30,777 nt of DNA from Candidatus Hydrogenedentota bacterium (GTDB taxonomy: Bacteria; Hydrogenedentota; Hydrogenedentia; Hydrogenedentales; JAEUWI01), in assembly GCA_034669905.1 (NCBI GenBank), contig JAXMOL010000071.1, positions 1 to 30,777 on the forward strand, written 5' to 3'. The notes beneath the pieces are model-generated. The model searched no databases, had not been told where the DNA came from, and saw only the letters and a program-made list of their open reading frames with translations. Positions 8,988-16,579 of this stretch are shown one piece after another (the first letter of the stretch is position 1; every line of letters starts with the position of its first letter). Made by a program: the position numbers and the translations under genes.

Positions 8988-10296
8988 GTTGGAGCAGGGT
9001 GCCCGGGACGTCTGCGCAACCCTTCGCGCGGCGGGATTTCGTGCCCTCTTCGCCGGGGGGTGTGTGCGGGACCGCCTCTTGGGCGACACCCCCAAAGACT
9101 ATGACATCGCAACCGACGCACTGCCTGAGCAAGTCGAAGCCTGTTTCCCCAAGACCTTTACGGTCGGTGCGGCCTTTGGCGTCGTACTGGTTGTGCAGGG
9201 CGCGCTACGCTATGAAGTAGCCACCTTTCGAAAAGACGGCCCCTACCTTGACGGCCGCCGCCCCAGTCGGGTGGACTTTGTCGACGAAATCGAAGATGCA
9301 CGGCGTCGCGACTTCACGATTAACGCACTATTTTACGACCCCGCGACAGAGCAGGTTCTGGACTACGTCGACGGGACCTCCGACCTGGAACGGAAGATAG
9401 TCCGCTGTGTGGGCACCCCCTCCGCCCGTTTTGGGGAGGACCACCTGCGCCTGCTCCGTGCGGTGCGCTTCGCCGCCCGCCTGGACTTCGAAGTGGAGCG
9501 AAAAACACGGGAGTCCATCGCGGCCCACGCGACAGACATCACAAAAACCAGCGCCGAACGCATCCGGGACGAATTGGTGCGTATGCTCACGGAGGGCTAT
9601 GCGTTGCGCAGTCTTCAACTGCTCGACGAAACCGGGCTCCTCTCCCAGGTGCTCCCCGAAATCACGGCCATGAAAGGCGTGGAGCAGCCGCCCCAGTTTC
9701 ACCCCGAGGGCGATGTATTCGTCCACACGCTCTTGCTGATGAAACACCTCCCGAGCCCATGCACTGCAACACTGGCCTTTGGCGCCCTGCTCCATGATGT
9801 GGGCAAACCGGCGACCCAGACCTTCGAAGATCGCATCCGCTTCAACCAGCACGACAAGGTAGGCGCCGAGATGGCCCGTCAGATTTGTCGGCGGCTGCGG
9901 CTCTCCAACGAGGAAACGGACCTCATAACCTGGCACGTGGCCCAACATATGCGGCTTGCGGCCATCCCCCAGATGAAAGAGAGTAAGCGGAAGCGTTTTG
10001 TCCGCCATGAGGGATTCGAAGAGCTACTGGAAATCGGTCGCCTGGATTGCCTCGCCAGTTTCGGAAATCTGGACACCATCGACTGGATTGAAGACTATCT
10101 TGCTACCGTGCCCGATGACGCCCTGCGGCCGCAACGGCTGATCGATGGGCGGGCACTCATCGCCATGGGCTACCGCCCCAGCCCCAAATTCAAAAACTTT
10201 TTCCGGGAACTCGAAGATCACCAACTCGACGGCCGCATCAGCACCCGCGAGGCCGCCGAGACCTTCGCACAGGACTACTTCGGCGATCCCGAATAG
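8977..10296 (+). CDS. cca: CCA tRNA nucleotidyltransferase / poly(A) polymerase family with HD domain
   Basis: Motifs GGCVRD, DYDIATD, EVATFR, EDARRRDFTINAL, EDHLRLLRAVRF and SAERIRDEL, plus an HD region (HPEGDVFVHT, LLHDVGKP). Confidence 0.9.
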   Translation: MMDELEQGARDVCATLRAAGFRALFAGGCVRDRLLGDTPKDYDIATDALPEQVEACFPKTFTVGAAFGVVLVVQGALRYEVATFRKDGPYLDGRRPSRVDFVDEIEDARRRDFTINALFYDPATEQVLDYVDGTSDLERKIVRCVGTPSARFGEDHLRLLRAVRFAARLDFEVERKTRESIAAHATDITKTSAERIRDELVRMLTEGYALRSLQLLDETGLLSQVLPEITAMKGVEQPPQFHPEGDVFVHTLLLMKHLPSPCTATLAFGALLHDVGKPATQTFEDRIRFNQHDKVGAEMARQICRRLRLSNEETDLITWHVAQHMRLAAIPQMKESKRKRFVRHEGFEELLEIGRLDCLASFGNLDTIDWIEDYLATVPDDALRPQRLIDGRALIAMGYRPSPKFKNFFRELEDHQLDGRISTREAAETFAQDYFGDPE

Positions 10297-10315
10297 ACGA
10301 CGTCCGCCGATAGCC

Positions 10316-11302
10316 TTAGATGCCCGCAATCCGGATGACACCCCCGCCATCCAATACGACCAAGAGGTCCCCGCCTTCGGATCGAGGCAAGCGACACACG
10401 CCCTCTGGTGCCTTTTGGGCCACCGCTTCGCTGAATCGATGCATCTCCTTAAGCGCCGTCCCATCGGTTGCACAACGCCATAGTGCCGCTACCCCCGTAT
10501 CCGCGGAAGACGGCCCCGAAACAAGCCACAACTGCTTCGCGTCCCGGTCCCAATCCAGCGCCCGAATGCCGGCCCCTGCCAGGGGAAGTGTCACGGCGGA
10601 CCATTGGGCCTTGGCGCCGGGCCGAAAGATGGCATCCGCCCGGGCAGAAAGCAGGATAGCCTCGCCTGCCGCCGTTTGGGGTCCCCGCAGGCCCAGATAG
10701 AGCCGCTCCCCGTCGAAGGCCAGCCCCTCCAGATTCAGATCGGGATTTACCGCCAGGGCACTAACCCCGGCGGAGGCCCCCATCCGAGTCAGGAGCGGCG
10801 CAATTTCATCGAGTAGTTGATAGTGCTCCCCCGTCACCTTCAATTCCTTCTGCTTACTATCCCATTTTGCAGCCAGGAGGAATTCCCGGTCCGGGCGCCG
10901 TTCTCCGCCCTTTCCCTGATGGGAGCCAAGGAAGTAAACCTGCTCCTTGCCATCGGACGCAATGTCTTCGAAATCCTGAACAGGAAAAAGTTTGTCGGCG
11001 GGTGCATAGGGTTTTCGCGCCTTCTTTTTGCGCTCCAGTTTGATACCAGAAAAATCGAGCGGCGTCTTATCCAGCGAGGAAAGAAACAACACGCTCCCGA
11101 TCAGTTCATCCTCCACCACAAGTATCCCCCCCTCAACGACCGCGCACCCCGACAATTCCAAGGGCCGATCCTGCACCGGCGTAATCCCTGACACTTGTAT
11201 TGAATCCAAGCTGTTTTCCTTTCCGGAATCCGCCAGGGCAGCCCCAGTCACGCTCCCTGCCACCAACAGCAATGCACCTATCATCCCGTTTAACCTACTC
11301 AT
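10316..11302 (-). CDS. Exported DUF3616-like beta-propeller protein
   Basis: Signal peptide (GALLLVAGSVTGAALA) and repeated blade motifs ELSG, DFEDI...YFLGSH, NLEGLAF...LYLGLRGP, GIRAL...LVSGP and KAPEGV. Confidence 0.7.
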   Translation of the reverse strand: MSRLNGMIGALLLVAGSVTGAALADSGKENSLDSIQVSGITPVQDRPLELSGCAVVEGGILVVEDELIGSVLFLSSLDKTPLDFSGIKLERKKKARKPYAPADKLFPVQDFEDIASDGKEQVYFLGSHQGKGGERRPDREFLLAAKWDSKQKELKVTGEHYQLLDEIAPLLTRMGASAGVSALAVNPDLNLEGLAFDGERLYLGLRGPQTAAGEAILLSARADAIFRPGAKAQWSAVTLPLAGAGIRALDWDRDAKQLWLVSGPSSADTGVAALWRCATDGTALKEMHRFSEAVAQKAPEGVCRLPRSEGGDLLVVLDGGGVIRIAGI

Positions 11303-12875
11303 TCTTACCTTTCAACGTACCCGGTTCCCCTTCGGGCACAGACGGTTCTGGAATAAAGACCGTAACCTCTGTCCCCGTGCCTTCTGCGCTGGAAATGGTG
11401 ATGTCGCCCCCGTGTTCGCGTACGATCTTAAAACTACAGGCCAGGCCCAGTCCAGTACCTGAGCTTCCCTTGCTGCTCACAAAGACCTGTGAAAGCTGGG
11501 GAAGTATTTCTTTGGGAATACCGATTCCCGTATCGCGAATCGTGATCGTGCACGCCGATTCGGTGCAATCACACGCAACGTGGATATCCCCTTTATTGTG
11601 CTCGCAGGCTTCCACCGCATTCACCAGCAGATTAGCCAAAACCCGATAGATCGCCCGGCCATCCACGTGGGCAAACGGCACGTCACTGGCCTCGAAGGAA
11701 AGCCCCACGTCTCGCTTTCTGGCGCGGGCCTCAAAGAGACTGAGCACATCCCGAATCAAACTGTTCACGTCCGTACGCGTACGCTCGGGCGCACGGTCTT
11801 TGGAAATGGTGAGCATATTCATCACCAACATGTCGATGCGTTCCATGGCACGACGGAGAATAGGCCACCCGCGGTTCAGGTAGGACAAATCATCTTTCTC
11901 GATGGCCATATTGACGAATTGGGCGCCCCCTCGAATCCCCGTGAGAATATTTTTGATGCAATGGCCGAGCCCCGCCGTCGCCATACCGATGGCCGCGAGC
12001 CGTTCTTTTTCCACATTCTCCCGGTAGAGCCGCGCATTTTCAACGGCCACGCCCACCACCCGGGCCACCGCCGAGAGCAGTTTGAGATCGTTCTCCGTCA
12101 GGGGATGGGTGCTGCTACCCACATCTACATAGATAACCCCGGCGACACTTTCACGGCCATGCAAGGGGGCGCACATGGCCGCATGGATATCGTGGACCAT
12201 AATGCTCTCGGAATGCCCAAAGCGGCTATCCGCCTGGGCATCTCGCGTCAAGATGGCCGCCCCATGTTCATACACATGGTGGATCATGGTCTGGCTCAGG
12301 GGTGCCGCCCCGCCATCATCCATGCGCCCTTTTGCAGCGCGAATTTCCGGCTCCTCACGCCCCTCATTGCGGATAAGCACAAAGCCCCGTTCTATGGGCA
12401 GGGCCGAAGAAATGAGTTCGAGAATCTTATTCAGCAGCTCGTCCAGATCGAAGCGTTCCCCGAGCAACTGGGCGGCCTGGTACAGCACCAGCAGCCGGTC
12501 GTCTCCAGGATCGCGGGCAATGGAGTCCTGCAGGGCCGCCACTTCTTCCCGGCTCATCACGGTGCGTCCGAAACCCGAATCCACGGGAAACTCGATTTCG
12601 AAGACAGCCTCCCCAATAGCTACCGTATCGCCTTCGGCCAGGGCCAGCTGACTGACGGGCGCACCGTTCACGACAATCCCATTGCGTGAGTCCTGGTCTT
12701 CCACGTGGACGCGACCGTTTTCGAACCAAAAACGGGCATGTTGGCGCGACACCCGATTCGAATTCAGCACGATGTCATTCTGCTCACCGCGCCCCACGGT
12801 TATGCCCCGTTCCGTGACGGCATACCGGCGAACCGTACCTTCTGATGAGCGATGCACCACATTGGGTGAAGCCAT
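11295..12875 (-). CDS. Soluble FHA-GAF-histidine kinase
   Basis: FHA domain (VGR...SRQHA...SRNG), GAF domain (DAQADSRF...AMCAPL...GVIYVD), H-box GLGHCIKNIL, N-box NLLVNAVEA, G1 DTGIGI and G2 GTGLGL. No transmembrane segment. Confidence 0.92.
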   Translation of the reverse strand: MASPNVVHRSSEGTVRRYAVTERGITVGRGEQNDIVLNSNRVSRQHARFWFENGRVHVEDQDSRNGIVVNGAPVSQLALAEGDTVAIGEAVFEIEFPVDSGFGRTVMSREEVAALQDSIARDPGDDRLLVLYQAAQLLGERFDLDELLNKILELISSALPIERGFVLIRNEGREEPEIRAAKGRMDDGGAAPLSQTMIHHVYEHGAAILTRDAQADSRFGHSESIMVHDIHAAMCAPLHGRESVAGVIYVDVGSSTHPLTENDLKLLSAVARVVGVAVENARLYRENVEKERLAAIGMATAGLGHCIKNILTGIRGGAQFVNMAIEKDDLSYLNRGWPILRRAMERIDMLVMNMLTISKDRAPERTRTDVNSLIRDVLSLFEARARKRDVGLSFEASDVPFAHVDGRAIYRVLANLLVNAVEACEHNKGDIHVACDCTESACTITIRDTGIGIPKEILPQLSQVFVSSKGSSGTGLGLACSFKIVREHGGDITISSAEGTGTEVTVFIPEPSVPEGEPGTLKGKNE

Positions 12876-13270
12876 CAGCCCACGACTCCCATGACACTCT
12901 GTAAGAGGAAGACGGGATCTACCGGCTTCTCCACAAAAGCTTCTGGCCCCTCGACACCAAACTTCTCCTCCATCCGCTCCCGGCTATAGGCCTCCCCTTC
13001 TTCCGCATTAATCCCCGTTAACATGATGATGGGGACTTTTTCGGTAAAGGGTGAATTGCGAAACTGCTGGAAGGCTTCAAAACCGTCCATCACAGGCATA
13101 TTCACATCGAGAATAATGAGATCGGGCACATCAAGCTCTGCCTGGTCTACCCCTTGCTGGCCGTTGAGCGCTTCTTCGGTATCCCACCCTTCCGCTTCCA
13201 TCACCCCGGCGACAAACATGCGTACGCTCTCGTCGTCATCTACAATCAATACCCGCTTCGCACCAGCCAT
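12875..13270 (-). CDS. Stand-alone response regulator receiver protein
   Basis: VLIVDDD, phosphoacceptor ILDVNMP, IMLTG and EKP, with no output domain. TGATG overlap with the kinase gene. Confidence 0.92.
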   Translation of the reverse strand: MAGAKRVLIVDDDESVRMFVAGVMEAEGWDTEEALNGQQGVDQAELDVPDLIILDVNMPVMDGFEAFQQFRNSPFTEKVPIIMLTGINAEEGEAYSRERMEEKFGVEGPEAFVEKPVDPVFLLQSVMGVVG

Positions 13271-13365
13271 AATTCATTTCCCTGCTTCCAATAAATCGCA
13301 CTACGCCTGCGTTTCCAGTACCCTGGACACGCCCACCCGACTTAATCGATCCAGTGTAACACAGC

Positions 13366-14904
13366 TCAGGGGACCGCCACCTGCTGCTTGCCTCCGGCTG
13401 AAAAATCGATGGCATAGACCACGGCACCCCGCGCCACTTCCCGCGCAACGGTCGTCCCATGGGCTTCCAGGAAAGCCACATACTCCTGCACCGCTTCCTG
13501 AAAGTCATAGGCCATGGGAAACCACACCCGTCCCCACCGCCCGAATTCCGGACGTATTTCCTCCCGGAATTCGGCTTCATCGCTTTTCAGCCCGGCCTTA
13601 CGACGCTCGACCAATACGGCGGCGGGGGGAAAGTCGTAGCGCCCTTCCAGGAACTTATAGGAGAGGTAGTCTCCCTGGCGCAGGTAGAGACGATCACCCG
13701 TCTCCCAATGGCTATTGGCGTAGGCGAGCACTTTTTCCAACTCGTGATGCCGGGAAGGGCTCACGGCCATTCGTGTGGCCCGCACCGCGGGTTGGGAAAG
13801 GAGTAGTATCAGGGCGACCGCCAGGCCCGAACGCCATACCCTTTTCGTTGGGCCCTCCATCAACCGGGAAAGGCCCTCCCCCATGGCCAGAAAGAGCACA
13901 GGCACCAGAAAGAGGGTCATTCGCCCGTGAAAAGGATAGAGCTTCAACCAGGACGCCACCAGCGTCAGGAACAGGGGGGCCATTAGCCAGAAACCGTATT
14001 GCGGACGACGATAAAAAAGCGACACCATCCCGAGAACCCAGAAGAAAAGGGCCAGTCCGGGCAAGGTAAAACCACCGGGCATATCGAGGAAGAGGAAGAC
14101 CCGGTCCCGGTACCAACGCAAATCCCAATGGGACGTGGGTGGAAAGGGCATAAAGCCATGCCGCCAGTAATGATTCATATAGGCCATGGTTTCGGGGTTT
14201 CCCCGGCTGGGAACGATGGCCACCCAATACATGACGAGAAAACTGGCGGCACTCACGCCGTAGGTAATCAGTAACGTGTCAAGGCTCTTCCACCCCTGTG
14301 TACGCCAGGCAGCAACAAGCTGTACGGTCCCTACCCCGGCGATAAAAAAGACGACCGGAAAGGAATACCACACAAGCACGGCGTGAACCAGTCCATAGCG
14401 GAAAGCCCGCCAGCGGGTAGCCGGTCGGTCGCCCCAACGTATGGCCATGTAAAGCACGGCGAGCACGGCCGCCACATCCCCGGCATAGGGCTTCGCTTCG
14501 CCGGCATAGTTGATGAGGTGTTGGGACAGGGTGGCCAGGACCAGGGCCAGCACAGCTCCTCGGGTGGACAGGCAACGCCGCGCGACGAGCCAGAACAACA
14601 CGAGAGTCAGCAGCCCGGCGATAAGGGAGGGAAAACGGACCGCATACACGGTATTTCCCCCTATCCAAGTGCAGAACTTCAGCAGCCAAAGGTAAAGGGG
14701 TGGTGCCACTTGCTTGAAGGCCAGTGGCTCCAGGAGTCCCGTCGCGCTGCGCTCCAGGATATTAATGCACAGGGCCGCCTCATCAAACCAAAGGGCTCGT
14801 CCAGTCATATAGTAGGCGAGGCGCGGGAGACTTCCGAGCAGAAAACACGCCCATAGGATCCCCCACGTTACTTTCCCCACCCGTTCCGTATCTGATGGAT
14901 TCAT
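13366..14904 (-). CDS. GT-C fold glycosyltransferase (GT39/PMT/ArnT-like)
   Basis: RALWFDEA loop motif, PPLYLWLL, AVRFPSLIAG, YAGEAKPY and YPFHGR, about 11-13 TM helices and a C-terminal soluble domain. ATG 14904 has GGAG upstream; the ORF extends to 14976. Confidence 0.8.
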   Translation of the reverse strand: MNPSDTERVGKVTWGILWACFLLGSLPRLAYYMTGRALWFDEAALCINILERSATGLLEPLAFKQVAPPLYLWLLKFCTWIGGNTVYAVRFPSLIAGLLTLVLFWLVARRCLSTRGAVLALVLATLSQHLINYAGEAKPYAGDVAAVLAVLYMAIRWGDRPATRWRAFRYGLVHAVLVWYSFPVVFFIAGVGTVQLVAAWRTQGWKSLDTLLITYGVSAASFLVMYWVAIVPSRGNPETMAYMNHYWRHGFMPFPPTSHWDLRWYRDRVFLFLDMPGGFTLPGLALFFWVLGMVSLFYRRPQYGFWLMAPLFLTLVASWLKLYPFHGRMTLFLVPVLFLAMGEGLSRLMEGPTKRVWRSGLAVALILLLSQPAVRATRMAVSPSRHHELEKVLAYANSHWETGDRLYLRQGDYLSYKFLEGRYDFPPAAVLVERRKAGLKSDEAEFREEIRPEFGRWGRVWFPMAYDFQEAVQEYVAFLEAHGTTVAREVARGAVVYAIDFSAGGKQQVAVP

Positions 14905-15138
14905 CCGTGCTCCGTCGTGCATCCTGTCCCGTCTTTTACGCCCGTCCATGCTTTGGCACCGTTCGGCCGCATCCACGGTGCCGCTGCATAGTAACTTTTT
15001 ACTGGCAATTTTGTCACACTTGGATCATACTACTAGCCGTTGCCTAACAGGCACTATGGGAGTTTTCCCGGACATTGCAGACGGCGCTCTTGCGTGTACC
15101 GGCGAATCGGGAGCAGTAATAATGAAATGGGTAGTGTG

Positions 15139-16482
15139 ATGGATTTGAAGGTTCAGCAAAAGATTCAAGAAGCACAGGAGCTCTATAATCAGGAACGGTG
15201 GGCAGAAGCGTTGGTCGTACTCGATGATCTCTCGCTCTCCTACAAATCAGATAAAGACATCATGTTGAATCGCGCCATGTGTCTGGCCCGAATCGGCAAA
15301 GAAGAGGAAGCCGAACTACTCTGCGACCACCTGACGGTCGTCCACCAGGATGTGCGGGCTGCCCAGCTCAAAGCACAAATCCCCCAGGCCAAACGGGACG
15401 GAAAGGGCAAGCCCCTCGAAAAGAAATCCCGGCCATCACCGTTTTCCTCCACATTGATAAAACGGGCCATCGTCCTGATCTTTCTTTCGTGTCTGGCATT
15501 CTTTGCCTATTCCTATATCAGCACCTACAAACGCCCCCCTGCGCCCCCCATCGCAACGGCGCCGGCCCCCGCAGGGCGTACCCTCTCTTTCCCCGACGAC
15601 GCGAGCCTGGGCCTCCTCCAGATCCGGGAATGGGGTTACGCCACCGAGACCCAGGGCAAACACACCGAGGGCTGGAAAAATCTCGGACAAGCCCAAGGTA
15701 AGGTAGAGATTCCGCCGGGGAAGGAAGTACGCCTGGCCTTCAGTCCGGGACAAGTACATAACGTCAACAAACTCCGTCGTCTGGGCGCCAACGCGCTTCA
15801 AACCCTGAGTTTCAATGACTGTGCCGTCGGCGATGAAGAGATGGCCTACATCGGACACCTGACTGGACTCTTCGAATTGAGTCTGGACAACACCCAGGTC
15901 GGCCCGGTGGGATATGAAAATCTCTACCGCCTGACTTCCTTGCGTGCCATTTCCCTAATCGGAACGACACTGGGTGAACCGGGCCGGGCTTTCATGGCCA
16001 ACCAGAAGTATATCGAGGAAATCGACGCGGACCGGGCTGACCTTGGGGACGAATGGCTTGCCGGTTTGCCCCCGCTGGACAATCTCCATTTCCTCAGTCT
16101 CGATGAGAGCGAGCACATCACGGATGCCGGCATACGACATATCGCGAAACATCGCAATATCCGTAGCCTCTTCCTGAGTTATACCCAACTCACAGACGAG
16201 GGTATGAAGGAGCTTCAGTCGCTCCAACACCTGAAGCGCTTCTGGTTCGAAAACACGAAAGTTACCAACGCCAGCATGAAGGGGTTTCGCACCATGCCGA
16301 ATATTGGTGAAATCGGACTCGCCTACACGGAGGTCAGCTCCGAGGGGTTCATGGAATTAAGCGGCATCCGGACGCTCACGAAAGTGGGCATTCGGGGATG
16401 CAAGAATATTTCTGTGGACGCGGCCCGCAGTTTCAAGAACCAGAACCCGGACTGCGAAATAGACACGGCCATGAATCTCTAA
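15139..16482 (+). CDS. Bitopic protein: N-terminal TPR-like helices, TM helix, C-terminal leucine-rich repeats
   Basis: TPR-like segment AQELYNQERWAEAL...NRAMCLARIGKEEEA, TM AIVLIFLSCLAFFAYSY, Pro-rich linker, and ~24-aa LRRs (LFELSLDNTQV, IRSLFLSYTQLTDEG, LKRFWFENTKVTNAS). Start is ATG 15139 or 15127. Confidence 0.75.
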   Translation: MDLKVQQKIQEAQELYNQERWAEALVVLDDLSLSYKSDKDIMLNRAMCLARIGKEEEAELLCDHLTVVHQDVRAAQLKAQIPQAKRDGKGKPLEKKSRPSPFSSTLIKRAIVLIFLSCLAFFAYSYISTYKRPPAPPIATAPAPAGRTLSFPDDASLGLLQIREWGYATETQGKHTEGWKNLGQAQGKVEIPPGKEVRLAFSPGQVHNVNKLRRLGANALQTLSFNDCAVGDEEMAYIGHLTGLFELSLDNTQVGPVGYENLYRLTSLRAISLIGTTLGEPGRAFMANQKYIEEIDADRADLGDEWLAGLPPLDNLHFLSLDESEHITDAGIRHIAKHRNIRSLFLSYTQLTDEGMKELQSLQHLKRFWFENTKVTNASMKGFRTMPNIGEIGLAYTEVSSEGFMELSGIRTLTKVGIRGCKNISVDAARSFKNQNPDCEIDTAMNL

Positions 16483-16504
16483 AGGCCGTTCCCTCAAATA
16501 GAAT

Positions 16505-16540
16505 CGCCCCCCGACGCCAAGACGCGACGGGGGGCGTTTT
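16505..16540 (+). terminator. Rho-independent terminator between convergent genes
   Basis: CGCCCCCCG(A)CGC-CAAGAC-GCG(A)CGGGGGGCG followed by TTTT, 22 nt after the LRR gene stop. Confidence 0.8.
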
Positions 16541-16579
16541 CCTGTCAGCACGTAGCCAACGGAATGATGGAAGGGTGTC

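Noticed and set aside
11580..12689. 369-aa plus-strand ORF (likewise 13023-14069, 20987-21991 and 28991-30103)
   Set aside because: All lie antisense to well-supported genes and lack recognisable domains.
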